The translations under genes were made by a program, and so were the position numbers. A DNA stretch of 64,000 bases from Mantamonas sphyraenae STR306. Lineage: Eukaryota; Protista; CRuMs. The stretch covers positions 310,001 to 374,000 of the forward strand of contig JAPMXV010000045.1 of the NCBI GenBank assembly GCA_026936335.1, given 5' to 3'. A model generated the notes under the pieces. It was not told where the DNA came from. It was given only the letters and a program-made list of their open reading frames with translations, and did no database searches. Below, in pieces: positions 35,379 through 47,632 of the stretch (positions are counted from its first letter, which is position 1; every line of letters starts with the position of its first letter).

Positions 35379-35501
35379 TCTGTTGGTTGTGTGTGTGTTT
35401 GTGGTGGAGACACTCCCGCAGCGCCCCAACACAACCATCTCACCACCGGCTGCATCGCCTCCCACTTCAACAGGTTCCATCTCTTTCTTGCTCCCCTGCC
35501 C

Positions 35502-38500
35502 ATGCAGAAATCCAAGCGCCGGCTCTTTGTGGACGGCGGCCAGGCCCTTGGATCTGAGGCGGCGAATGCCTCTGGCAGCTCGACGCGCGGTTCCAGCGAG
35601 ACCCAGCTGCACACGCCACAGAAAGACCGGGCAAAGATGGTGGCCAAGGTCTCCAATGTGTCCCAGGACTCACAAGGCTTGTCGGAGGACGACAGCGAGG
35701 ACAGCGTGCGCATGGAGATGGCCTCTGTGCTTGGCCAGCACACCTTTGCCAAGAACACCTACAAAACAACACGCACCCACTACCAAGTCAACAAACACTT
35801 TGGCGTCGACATCAGCGAGCTCCTTAGTGGCTCCCTCAACGTACCACGCATCCTCGTCTTTCTCTGCGAGTACCTGAACACCCACGGCCGCGCCGAACCC
35901 AACCTTTTTGACCTGCCCGCATCCAACAGCAACGGAGGCACCTCCTCCTCTTCCTCCTCCTCCTCCTCCTCCTCCTCCTCTTCTCTTTCTTCCTCCTCGT
36001 TGACACGATCCCGTGCCATCTCCAACGCCTCGGTGGGCGGAAGGACCTCGTCGGCGGCGTCGTTCCGATCACTCAACCACTCCGGCAGCAGCGGCGGCTC
36101 AGATACAGCCGTGCGCAAGTTCCTTGCAAAGGTAAAGGCAGTCAAGGCAGAGTTCAATCAGGGCAACTTTTACGATTGCGGCGACGCACGAGTGGTGGCG
36201 GCCTTGCTCAAGGCGTTCCTGCGCGAACTGCCCACGCCCCTCGTGCCCAAACAGATGTACACACAATGCTTGGAGATTGTTCAGGACCACGTGCGTGACA
36301 CACAAGACGCTTGTGTGCGGCATCTGCGCTCCTTGGCCGCTTCGTCCTCCTGGTCATGGTCTGTAAGTGCTGAGCAGGAGGAACACGCACGCACCCTGGC
36401 CACACAATACGCCTTTACCGTCAACTGCCACGTGCAACCCCTCCAGGAGTTGTTCTTCCACTTTCCCCGCGTCTCTAAGGATTGCCTGGAATACCTGTGT
36501 GTGTCGCTGGCCAAGCTCGCCCTCAGTGCAGACAAAAACGGATGCACTGTCGACCGCCTCTGCGACGCCCTGGCCCACTACATTGTTCGTCCTGCGTTCT
36601 GGACCAAAGATGCCGAGGAGAAGGAGCGCCAACAGCGACTCCAGCGCCAGTTCTTCCACCTGATCATCAACCTTGCCAAGCGCAAACACAACGTGCTCAG
36701 TTTCGATGAGCGTGCCGAACTCGATCTCACCGAGGACGAGCTGCTCACTCGTCTCCTTGCCGATGTGTTGCCCGTCGCTCCTGTTCGCTCCTCTTCCTTC
36801 TCCACCTCTGCGGGCACACGTGGTGCCAAGGCCAACGCGTACATGCTTGCCTTTGGTCTCGGCGACGGTGGCGCAAGTTCGTCGTCTTCCTCCTCCTCCT
36901 CCTCCTCTGCAGCCACGTCGCCTTCGACGTCGTCGCCGTGGTCAGCGGCCATGTCGTCCAATGGGCGTGCTGCCGCGGCGGCAGTGGAGCAGCGCAAAAA
37001 GTACGACCAGATCTCTCTGTTGGACCAGCCTGTGGTCAAGACGATCAACGTAGAGGCCATGGCGGACCTTCCAGACATGGGCAACGAACACTGGGCGTCG
37101 TTGGGTCAGTCCAGCGTGTACAGCGGCACCGTACACGTGCGCAACTGGATCGACGAAAGCGACGTCCAACTCGATCCTCTCAAGGAGCAGTGGCTCAGCG
37201 CATGGATGCCTGGCGACGAAATGGCCGTTGGGTCCATTCTTGCCACGGAAGGCATCAGCCAAGACGAAGACTACACGGCTACGGCAACCACAAGCAAAGA
37301 TCCAACCCACGACGACGAAGACGACCTTGTTCTGTCGCCCAGCCCAGCCAAACCAGCCCAATCCTCCTCCTCCTTGCTTCTGTACAGCGATTGGCAAGAG
37401 GAGAGCACACCTGGCACAGGATTGTTGCACTTGCTGGACAGGAAGCAAGCCCCATCGTCAACGTCCCCTTTGCCACCTCGCACTCCGTCTCCGTCTGCCA
37501 TGAGCGAGGGCGAATCCATGATCCTCACCCCACTGGAGGATGGCAACAACGAGACACAGCACAGTCTGATGGTGTCCCCCGAGACGCCTGGCGTCCATGT
37601 ACGCGTGCCCAACGTGCGCACACCTCGCAACCCTCACGAGATGGGACTGGCCTCACCCGAGGTCGACCAGCTCCTCAATGCCACCCAATCGTCCTTCCTC
37701 ACTCAGGCGTCCCCGCAGAGTGCAGTAAAGCCCCCCGGCAGCGGGGCATCAACGGCAGTGGCGGTCAACTACGACAACGCCATGGCCTTTCCAAGGGACA
37801 TCCAGATGGACATGGATGCCCACGTGTGGCACCTGGACTCGGGCAAACGCGACTATGAATACGACGAGCGCAACGGCATGCTCAACCACAACCCGCCCTA
37901 CATGCACCAGGGAGACAATTGCGAAGGCTGCGGACACGTCTTTGGCGTCTTTAACCTGTTTACACGCAGGCTCAACTGCGCATACTGCGGACGTCTGTTC
38001 TGCAGCGACTGCTGCAAGGATGCGTGTACGTTTCGTGCCCTTGCTCAATGACCGTTGCTACTCTCGCCCCTTCCCAGTCACACACACTCACACGAACCGC
38101 CTCCCCGCAACGCCTCCGCCAATGCTGGCATCATTGGACCCGGTCGGCCAATGGACACGCCCACGCACAGTCTCCATCCCACACAAAATTGTACAGCGAG
38201 GCGACTTTAGCGAAGAAAAGGTGTGCAAGGAATGCGGTGACCACCTGGCACGAAGCCTGACACAGCCGCTGGTGGAGTTCCACCGCCTCAGCGACCACGC
38301 ACTCTTTGCCATGGACCTGGAGCGCATGCAGGACTTGGCACGCATGCGTTTGGTCATTCGCGAGTGTCTCATCGACCACCTGCTGGCACAAGAGTGCACA
38401 AGCTTGAAGAGCCTGTGTGCCATGCTGCCGTTGCAATTCCTACCCTTTCTGGCTGACGAATGCTGCGTCAGCCTGGTCGACTTGGCCCAGATGCGCAGCA

Positions 38501-38628
38501 AACACTACCGCGACAACCTCACCGTCATTGTCCAGCTCTTTTCTGGCCACGTGCGAACCTGCCTTCTGTGTGGCGGCAGCAACAGTCTCTCTGTCGGCGA
38601 TCTGAGCGCAAACCCTCATTGGGAGTGA
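35502..38628 (+). CDS. RhoGAP-domain protein with C-terminal Rubicon-homology-like zinc domain; intron 38026-38170
   Basis: VPRIL..LCEYL, VAALLKAFLRELPTPLVP; C-terminal CEGC..C.YCGRLFC..C, IP.KIV..GDFS..VC..C, SLVDL, HVRTCLLC. Confidence 0.8.
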
Positions 38629-38729
38629 CTGAAACAGGAACATGAATGCAATGATGACATGCACAGCTGCACCCACTTGCCTGCCCCGCCCCCCACTCCG
38701 TCCACTGAAAACCAACCCCAAATACGATC

Positions 38730-39752
38730 ATGCAGCAAGGACACGTGGACCAACTCGTGGAAATGGGCTTCTCTGAAAACGCCAGCAAGCGTGCACTGCT
38801 GGCTGTGCAGAACGCAGGCGTTGCACCCGCCGCAGAGTGGCTGTTCTCCCACATTGACGACGCCGACATCAACGACCCGCTGACTGGCGACAAGATCGGC
38901 GACAAAGAGTCCAACGCCAAAGAGACAAGCACCACAAGCACAACAGACACAAGTGGAGGCACCACAGAGGACAGCATGGACACAGAGAGCGCACAGGGCG
39001 AGACGGAAACGACCGGCGAAGAGGAATTCAAGAGCTTTCAGTGTGGCGACTGCGGCAAGCTGCTGGCAGACATGGACAAGGTGGAACTGCACGCAGAGGC
39101 GACAGGGCACACAAACTTTGAGCAGTCGACGGAAGAGGTGAAGCCGATGACGGAGGAGGAAAAAGAGGCCAAGAAGCAGGCGCTGGCCGAGCGGTTGGTG
39201 CAACGGCGGGCGGAAAGGGAGGAGCAGGAGCGCAAGCATGCCCTGGAAGTGGAGAAGAACAGGCGCAAGCAGGGCCAAAAGGCAGGCAAGACCCGTGAGG
39301 AGATTGAGCGCGCTCAGCGCAAGCGCGACATGGAGGAGCGCCGGCGACAAAAGGCGGAAGATGCCCAGCGTCTGGCCAAACTCAAGCAGCAGCTGGAACA
39401 GGACAAGCGCAACCGCAAGGCCAAGTTCAGCAACACGGGCAGCACCAGCAACACCAGCAGCAGCACCAGCACAAACACAAACACAAACACAGAGTATGTG
39501 CCGCCTCCGAAGGAGTACGACACCGCCGCAGTCATGGTTCGTCTCACCGACGGCTCGCGCATCGAAAAGGACTTTGCAGCCACCGACACCATTGCCGACG
39601 TGTACAAGTGGGCAGCTGGCGCACGCACAGACGGCTCGGGCTCGTTTGTGCTCATGGAGACCTTTCCCCGCAAGATCTACGACAACGACAGCACGACACT
39701 CAAGGACGCTGGCTGCACTCCCTCCATTGCATTCATTCTCTCTGCACGCTAA
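38730..39752 (+). CDS. UBXN1: UBX domain protein 1-like (UBA - C2H2 - coiled coil - UBX)
   Basis: LVEMGF..KRAL..EWLFSH; C.DCGK..H...TGH; VRLTDG, TFPRK, L...G..PS. Confidence 0.9.
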   Translation: MQQGHVDQLVEMGFSENASKRALLAVQNAGVAPAAEWLFSHIDDADINDPLTGDKIGDKESNAKETSTTSTTDTSGGTTEDSMDTESAQGETETTGEEEFKSFQCGDCGKLLADMDKVELHAEATGHTNFEQSTEEVKPMTEEEKEAKKQALAERLVQRRAEREEQERKHALEVEKNRRKQGQKAGKTREEIERAQRKRDMEERRRQKAEDAQRLAKLKQQLEQDKRNRKAKFSNTGSTSNTSSSTSTNTNTNTEYVPPPKEYDTAAVMVRLTDGSRIEKDFAATDTIADVYKWAAGARTDGSGSFVLMETFPRKIYDNDSTTLKDAGCTPSIAFILSAR

Positions 39753-39777
39753 GTGGCGAGGGTGAGGAAGTCCCATG

Positions 39778-41148
39778 TCACCCGTCAGATGACGCAATCA
39801 CACGCTCTCGTTTGCGATCGTTCTCTTCTCCCGATCCCCCAATGCCAATGGAATCATCCCGTTTCCTCTTTGAACTGTCATCGACCACTCGTTGGCGCTC
39901 CTTGCCGTCCCCAACCCCCGATGGCTTCTCTCGTTGTCCGCTGCTGTTTGACGAGGCCGACGACGTGCGCGCCTGTGCCGCGTGCTCCTGCCACAGCTGC
40001 TCCAGATCCTGCCAGCGCAATGTTCCATCCCACAGAAACTGTGTGGGTGGGGCACCAGCCAGCTCGGGCTCCGCCTCCAGCAATTCGTATGTATCCATCA
40101 TGCGTTCGCCAATCTCCAGCACTCGCCCCTTGTCCACGCCCACCACGTCCAACCAATCGTGAAGCCCCTCCACAAAGCCCACCCTCGACACATCCTCTGC
40201 GTTTGCTTCCTGTGTGTCTGCGCCGCGTGCCCGAGCGTACTCTGCTGCGTGCTGAAGCAGCTGCGACGCAAGCACAACACACGCAGCCGCCACCTCTTCG
40301 CTCTGGTACTCTAAACACACTGTGCCAATCGCTGTGTCGTTGGCCACACACCGTGCCAGACGCGTCAGCTGTACACTCGCATCCAATGCCGCCAGGAAAT
40401 TGTACAAATAGCGAAACGGCTGGGCCGCCGCCAAGTCCAGCTTCAGCACACGCAGCACAACCTGCTCGGCGCCAATCAACACCTTTTTGTGGTGAAAGAA
40501 CGCCTGCACGCACACAAGTGGTCGCGTACACACACGCACACACACACACACACACACATCGGCGTCGTCATCACCCATCATCATGAACCCCTCTCGTGTG
40601 TCAGCGCAGTGTGCAGCTGGCGACCGCCTTCACGCCGCAGCTCACTCACCTTGTCCATCGCAGGCACCCCGTGCTGCTGCGGGTGACGCACCCTGTGCAT
40701 CACATTGATAATATCCCGCATCTTGCGCTGTTCTTCTGTCGCCTTGGCCCCCACTGCCACGCTGGCCTGAGCTATCAGCTACAATACGCCGTTTGTAGCC
40801 GTGTGAGCGCGGATCAACAACGCCAAGGTCCTCCCCGCACGTTCCCGTCCCTTACCCAATGGTCATACTCCGAAAACGCCCGGTACATGAAAAACTGTTG
40901 AAATACACCAACGCTGGCATACGTGGCTGCATCCGACCTGTGTGCATTTCACGTGTGAGCCGACTCCAAACGTAACACAAGCCCAACCGCCTACACCCCA
41001 CCACCCACATTTCTAGCATGCGACATCCTGCCATGATATTTATAGCCATGCGTATCCGCAGCATGGTTTCCTCTTCGGCCGAAATGCCTGCCTGCCTGCT
41101 CGGCGTGTCATCCCACGAGAGTGATGATGACGACGACGAAGACGACAT
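39778..41148 (-). CDS. Transcriptional cyclin (cyclin Q/L/K-like), 4 exons
   Basis: Spliced reading FQQFFM..EYDHW-LIAQAS..AKATEE..MRDIINV, then AEQVVLRVL, QPFRYL, ANDT, AAACV. Confidence 0.82.
40529..40558. repeat. (CA)n microsatellite in a cyclin intron
   Basis: Directly visible, imperfect. Confidence 0.85.
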
Positions 41149-41189
41149 GTTTGCCCTGCCTCCCCAAACGCGCTTCGTCTCGGTCCTTC

Positions 41190-44100
41190 TCAACACTCAT
41201 CCTCGTCATCCAACTCCTCTTCGCTGTCCTCGCCAGCTGCCATCATGCCCGTGGAACTCACAGAAGTCGGCGTGGCGCTCACAAACACATTTGCTTGGAA
41301 TCGCAGCTTGCCTCCACCAGAACCCACTTCAGCTGCTGCTGCCTCCCCATGGTCCTCCTCTGCCTCCTCTTCCTCATCTTCCTCCTCCTCGGGTGCGTAA
41401 AACATAGTCTGCGGCCGTGTGATACGCGAATCGGTCACGTCCTTCACATCCACTGCCCACTTGACCCCACCTCCCCCACCACCCTCCCCTTCATCCTCCT
41501 CATCCTCTTTGCCGGCCACTGCAAATCCCACGCTACGCCCGCCATCCTCTGTGTCCGCCTCGGCCTCTGCGGCTCGTCGTGCCTCCAGCTCGCGCTGCTG
41601 CTTCCTCTCCTGCTCCCGTGCAAACTCATCGATGGCTTCCGTGATTGCGGCATACTTGCGCCGGAAATCGTTGATCAGTTCCACCCACGCCCGCGCCACC
41701 AACATGCTGCTGGCCTCCAGAAAGTGTGTTTCCCCGTCGCACTCGATCATCAAACACCGGTCCTCCAGATATCTGCCCTGCTTGCGAGTAGGGATTCCCG
41801 CCAGCTCAAAGTCGATCCCTGCCACTGCCTGGTGGATGCTCGACGTACTGATCACCACCTTCCACTTGCTCTGGTGCTCCAGACTCGGCTCGTCCGCAAC
41901 CAAGTATCGCCCGTCCAGGGTGAACTGGTACCACAATGAACGTCCCTGCTGCTTCCCTGCTGTTTTGCCCACCTGTCGGAACATGGCTCCCGTCAGCAAT
42001 GCGTAGAACTGGTGCCTCTTCATGCTCCGAAGCTCATCCTTGCTGTACGTCTCGTTGCCACGCGCCACCAGGCTGCTCAGATGACCCGCTACTGCATTCG
42101 TCACCTGCGCATTGGCAGACTCCAGCTGCGTAAAATCCTCCAGAACCAGCTCCCCCGACGGTTCATACGCACTGCCCACCTCCACGCGTGCCTTTTGTGC
42201 AGCTTGCTCCACCATGGCGTCCCGGATGCCCGTTGCAAACAGCGTGTCCACATGCGACACCTCAAACTGCATCGAGTGCACACTCCTCCCAAACTTCTTG
42301 GCCAGTTTCTTGGCTCGTGCTTGTTCGTCCATCACTTCCTCCTCCTCTGTTTTGGTCGCCACCTCTTCCTCCTCGTCGCCATCTGCAGCCCAGCTCGGAC
42401 GTCCATTCCCCGCCCCGGCGTCTTCCATGTCCACCTGGGCGATCAACTGCTGCAGATCCGCAAAGTTTTGCACAGAGTCCAGCATTGTCTCGGCCTCTTT
42501 CACGGCAATCGACTTGACCTGTGCCCTATTCTTCTCCTTTGACGACGACGCGTCACTCTTTCGCCTGCCACCGGCTCCACCTCCTCCCCCCAGACGTTGT
42601 GAGCCTCGTTGCCTCCTCCCTTTCACTGTCGGTGTGTTGGTTGTGACGATTCCCGCTGTGCCGTTGTTGGTGCTGCTGAATCCGCTGCTGCTTCCGCTGC
42701 TGCCGCTGCTCCCGTCGTTTTCCTCTGTCCCACTGCTCTCTGTCTTGCTACCTCCACTCGCCGTTGCATCTGTTCCTGTGGGCCCTCCCAGCAGACCAAG
42801 AATGTTCCCAGACACCTCATCCCGTTGCCATCCACGCACAGTGCTCACTTCGCTCTCGGATCCCTTGCGGCCCCACGTCGAACTGCGCTTCCGCTGCGTC
42901 GTCCCGTGATCCACCACTGCTTCCAACAGCAGGTTGTCGTGGTCGTGCAGCTGTTTGGCGGAACTCTTTTGGATCCGCTCCATGCGGGCTGCCAACGCCT
43001 CGTCCAGAATCCCAGCGCTGCCGTTTGCCTGTGCAATCATCAGCTCATTCGCAACACTCTCTGGACGCCTTCCCATCTCTAGCGCCACCTTTTTCACATG
43101 TTTGGTCCGTTTGGCCACGCTCTCTGCTGCTGTGCGAGCCTGTTCAGCCGCCTCTTCCAGCGAGCAGCCCATTGCCCTTGCCGCAAGCATCAGCTTCGCC
43201 TCCGTTGTCCCCACAGCTCGTTCTGTCTGCGAGCGTGGTCGAAGTGCGTCCTTATCCCCCTCCTTTCCCGATCCCATCCGGTACACCACCGACTCTACAC
43301 GACGACCAAACTTGCTGGCCAGTTTCTTCTGTGCACTTGCGGTAGACGTTGTGCCTGACACTGGTCGGGGGTGAGTGCTGTGTTGTGTGTGTGTTCCGAT
43401 ATGTGTCCACACGCTTTCGTCTCGTCCCTTGTCCAACCCCACAACAGCGCAACTTACACGATGGATCCAGGCCGCGTTCCTGCAAATCAGCCAGCACCGA
43501 CGCCACCTGTGCTCAGTGAGTGCGTGCCAATGAACAACCGACCATGGCAAAAACCAAAATGCGAACGCATGTATGTGTCCACCGTATGGTCGCATGTCGT
43601 GTGGTGCAATTGTGTCAGCAGGAACGGGTGGAGCGGAGGGCCGAAACATTCACAACGCACCAACTTGTCCGGCTCTGCGCCCTTTCCACACAGCCAGCCC
43701 AGGCGCTGCAGCACCAGGTCTCGCTTATACGGCGACGGCGCCTGGAAGATGTACTCTGTGCTTTCTGCGTCGCTGCCACTGGTCAGGGTGTAGCGCAAGC
43801 GCACGAAAAGCTCGCCTGCAAAATGTTGGTTGGTGGAAATTGCTCGCTTGGGTGTGAGTCGCTCCTCTGCCCCACATGACCAGACACACATCAACCTTCA
43901 CTGCAGAAACCAATCACAAAGCTGCATGTGACTCGATCATACGAGTCCCGTCCACGTCTACTCACCATCTCCTGCCACACTCTGAAGCTGCTCCACAGGA
44001 ATCATCACCAACGGCTGCTTGCTGGCCGGTTCCAGGAGCGTCAACGCACATGCGCGTGACTCCACACGCAGAGCCACACGTTCGCATCGATCTTGCCACT

Positions 44101-44269
44101 CTGCTCCCAGCCACTGCAAGTGCTCGTCAGCCACCGCCCGCAAGTTGGACGCTACACTGTCCTCCTGCTTCCCAAGCTCCGCCACATGCTCGTTCTGCCA
44201 GTCTGTGCCATCCTCCGTCACACCCAACTCCTCGGGTGGGTCTGTGATCAACACAAAAGCTCCCAGCAT
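41190..44269 (-). CDS. Large multi-exon protein with PH-like domains and internal repeats
   Basis: C-terminal PH signature (RCLMIE..THFLEA..ARAWVELI); N-terminal PH-like exon (EYIFQAPS..RDLVL); exon structure partly inferred. Confidence 0.65.
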
Positions 44270-44374
44270 GACAGGTTGTCGCTGGCACGATGTTGTGGAG
44301 CCGGCCCCGCATCCTTCGACGTGCCACCACACACCCACACACCCCTCTCTTCTCTCTTTCTACAACTTGGTATA

Positions 44375-46062
44375 TCACGTTGCTGTATTCTCCATGCGTG
44401 CAATGCGCTGACGCTCCTTCCGTCGCTCAATGTCGCGCTCGTATGTCCAGTAGAGACCCGTGTACGTCAGACAACACACCGTCCACGGCACAACCTGCAC
44501 CACGGTCATCGCATCTGCAAACACAGACACGTTGTGCTTCAGCGTCGCCGGCGGGATCGCAGACAGTGGTTGGCCCTGGATATGAGTTGTCGTAGCCAAA
44601 CCAACCAGCCACCCAGCCCACCAGCACCGGCCCCAACGCTCCCACGCTCCCTTCAAACATGCGATCCACCGAAAACGCAGTGCTCAACGCCTCCTCTTCG
44701 ATGGTGTCTGCAATGAGCGGCATATTGCATCCTGGCGAAGTCCACACAATCAACGTGCCCGTCACAAAGCCCACCAGCATGTACGCCCACACCATCGATG
44801 CCTGCTGAGGAATCACTTGCAACAGTACAAACGTCATGGGGATGCCTGCAAACACCGACACCTGTGCCACAAGCACACGGCCCTTTTGCGGATGCACCCT
44901 CCTTGCTGCCCAGTCGCCCAACAGTCCGCCAATCACGTATCCAATGGTCGTGCCCACTGCCGTCGCTGCAAGGAAGGCCACTGGTTCAAACCCTGTCATG
45001 CCCATCGATTCGAACCACAGAATGAAAAACTGCTGGGCCTCCCACGGAATCGTCCCAAACATCCCCTGCGCCACAAGAAGCAAAAACGAAGGTGTCGTCA
45101 TGATTGTCACAAAGTGTTCCAATGACACCGAGGGTTTGCTTGCCTCCCGTCCTCCTGTGTGCCCGTCTTCCTTACCAGCCTTTTCTGTGCCGGTCTCCGG
45201 TGTCGCCGTGCTTCCATACGACGCCCCCTGCGTGCCCTTGTCCTCATCATCCCCTCCTTGTTCAGCATTGACCGATCCACGAACCAGAGGCGTGTGTGCG
45301 TCCACCTCCTCTTTGTCCACACGCATCTTCTCTTTCTCTTGGGCCAGAATGTCTCCCGCATCGCGCACGAGCACCAGAAGGGCTCCTGCACCCACCAATT
45401 CCAGCACAGCTACGCCAAACACCACCAAGCGCCACCCTTCGATTGTGTAGCCTGCAAACGGCACGTCGTTGTACTGGCTGATGACTGTGGACGCGCACAC
45501 AAAGACCATTGCGCCCACAGCTTCGCTGCTCATCAGCCGCCCAAACGCAGCCCCTCGCTCTGCAGGCTCGTACATGAGCGCGGTGATCGTTTGCAGGTTG
45601 GGCAAAGTCATTCCTAGGCCCATCCCATTGATGGACACAGCCACAATCACGCCCCAGTACGACTTTGCTACACCCACGAAACATGTGGCAAACGCACACA
45701 CCACACAACCCATCACCATAAACAGCTTGCGCGAGTACATGTCTGCCAACTGAAAGACGGACCGTCGTCCATGGAAACGCACGCACAACCCCACACGTTG
45801 GATGTGGTGTCAGTGGAAGAACGGACGCTGTGCTGCGCTGCGTGTACCCACAGCCCGCCCCTGAACTCACGTATCCCCACAGTGGTGCAGACAAAAATCG
45901 ACACAACGAGCGAATGGTTGTAATCCATGCCAATTGCCCCGGGTTCAGGTCGAATGCCACTCTGAACGCTGCAAACATGGCCGGGTACACCGCCACGTTT
46001 CCCCAGCCTACTCCGTTGACAAAATTGACCGCCGAAGCGACCCACATTCGAGACGCTGGCAT
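44375..46062 (-). CDS. MFS transporter (Spinster-like); intron 45750-45870; frame break near 44580
   Basis: PLWGYLAD.YSRK, ERGAAFG, GWR, QG.FG.IPW, GG.LGD, DR.FEG; last helix VPW.VCC..YT.LYWTY.RD lies in the next frame. Confidence 0.88.
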
Positions 46063-46171
46063 CTACAGCGTGATGGCACTAAATCCGGTGGAAGAGGGTG
46101 TGTGGGGGGAGGGGGAGGACTTCCACGAACAACCGGTTTTCACTTTGGGCGCCGTGGCGCCATGCCACAAC

Positions 46172-47581
46172 TCACTCCACAGCAGCAATGACAGCACGAG
46201 TCATCTCTGTGCAGCTGGCCTTGCCGCCCATGTCCGGCGTGCGCACCTTGCCGTCCTTGAACACGCGGAAGACAGCCTTCTGCAGCGCATCCGCCGCGTC
46301 CTTCTGCTTGAGGTAGCGCAGCAACTCCACACTGGACAGCAGAGTGGCCGTAGGGTTGGCCTTGTCCTGGCCGGCAATATCCTTGGCGCAGTGACGTACT
46401 CCCGGCTCAAACACGGCGTACTCCGGGCCGTAGTTGGCTCCGGGCATGATGCCGGCACCGCCAATCAGACCTGCGCTGACGTTGCTCACAATGTTGCCGT
46501 AGAGGTTGGGCAGGACAACGACGTCAAACTGTTCGGGTCGGCTGACCATTTGCATGCAGCAGTTGTCGATGATCATCTCTTCATACTCGATGGTCGGCGC
46601 GTACTTGTCTGCGACCTCGCGGCAGGCCTCCAGAAACAGACCATCGCCCACCTTCATGATGTTGGCCTTGTGTACCACAGTCACCTTCTTGCGCTTGTGG
46701 TTTGCTGCGTACTTGAAGCCCATTTCGGCCATGCGCAGACTCTGCTTCTTGGTCACAATCTTGATTGACTCCACCACGCCGCTCACCGGCTCGTGCTCCA
46801 GACCCGTGTAGAACTCCTCCAGGTTCTCACGCAGGATGATGTGGTCCAGGTTGTCGTAGCGCACATTGGGCGTGTTGGGGATCGACTTGACAAACGCAAC
46901 GTGCGCCGCCAGGTCCAGGGCCTTTCCCAGGCGGATGTTGGGGTACAGGAAGTTGTGCTCCTTGCCACTCAGCAGCGGTCCTTTCAGTCCCACCTTTGTT
47001 TTCTGGAAGGAAGTCAGCACGCGGCCGCCCTCCTCCAGTTCGTCGCCCTCGTTGAACTTGGAGCTCCAATCCACCACGTCCCACGCGATGGGCAGTTCCA
47101 TGGACTTGAACACATCCACCACCGAGCCCGTCACCTCGGGGCCGATTCCATCACCGGGAATCAGGGTCACCAGACGCTGCGAGTGAGCGTGTACGGCGGC
47201 GACGAAAAAGCAAGTCCCTCGCGGCGTCAGCATTCGGTTCCCTCTTTGCCCACGTCCGCTCATCCCGGCAGCCATTACGCGTCGGCCATGCAACCACAGC
47301 CCAGACGCTGCTCGCTTACCTTGCCCTGCTTGGTTGTGTAGTCGCGCGACTGCACCTCGTTGGACAGCAGCGTGCCAAGAACGCTGGAACGCGTCACCAC
47401 GCCGGCCTTGCTGGAAGTTCGGGACAACTGTGGTGGTGGGGGTGGGGGTGGGAGAAAGGAGTGGGACCGACAGAAGCACAGGCGCCACAAGGACGGGTGT
47501 GGTAGCACACAGCCATGCCAACACCGGTGTCAGTGGCGCGTGGGAGGGATGAGGAAAGTGGAACGACAGGACACTTGCCAT
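46172..47581 (-). CDS. NAD-isocitrate dehydrogenase non-catalytic (regulatory) subunit; exons 47579-47581, 47320-47427, 46172-47176
   Basis: VTLIPGDGIGPE, VHKANIMK, PNLYGNIVSN (GNI..N regulatory type); spliced N-terminus MLSRTSSK looks like a mitochondrial presequence. Confidence 0.9.
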   Translation of the reverse strand: MASVLSFHFPHPSHAPLTPVLAWLCATTPVLVAPVLLSVPLLSPTPTPTTTVVPNFQQGRRGDAFQRSWHAAVQRGAVARLHNQAGQGKRAASGLWLHGRRVMAAGMSGRGQRGNRMLTPRGTCFFVAAVHAHSQRLVTLIPGDGIGPEVTGSVVDVFKSMELPIAWDVVDWSSKFNEGDELEEGGRVLTSFQKTKVGLKGPLLSGKEHNFLYPNIRLGKALDLAAHVAFVKSIPNTPNVRYDNLDHIILRENLEEFYTGLEHEPVSGVVESIKIVTKKQSLRMAEMGFKYAANHKRKKVTVVHKANIMKVGDGLFLEACREVADKYAPTIEYEEMIIDNCCMQMVSRPEQFDVVVLPNLYGNIVSNVSAGLIGGAGIMPGANYGPEYAVFEPGVRHCAKDIAGQDKANPTATLLSSVELLRYLKQKDAADALQKAVFRVFKDGKVRTPDMGGKASCTEMTRAVIAAVE

Positions 47582-47632
47582 TGGGGGGGAAGAAGTTTGC
47601 GGTGGCAGCGCCTGCGAGGCCAGCAGAGGCCC

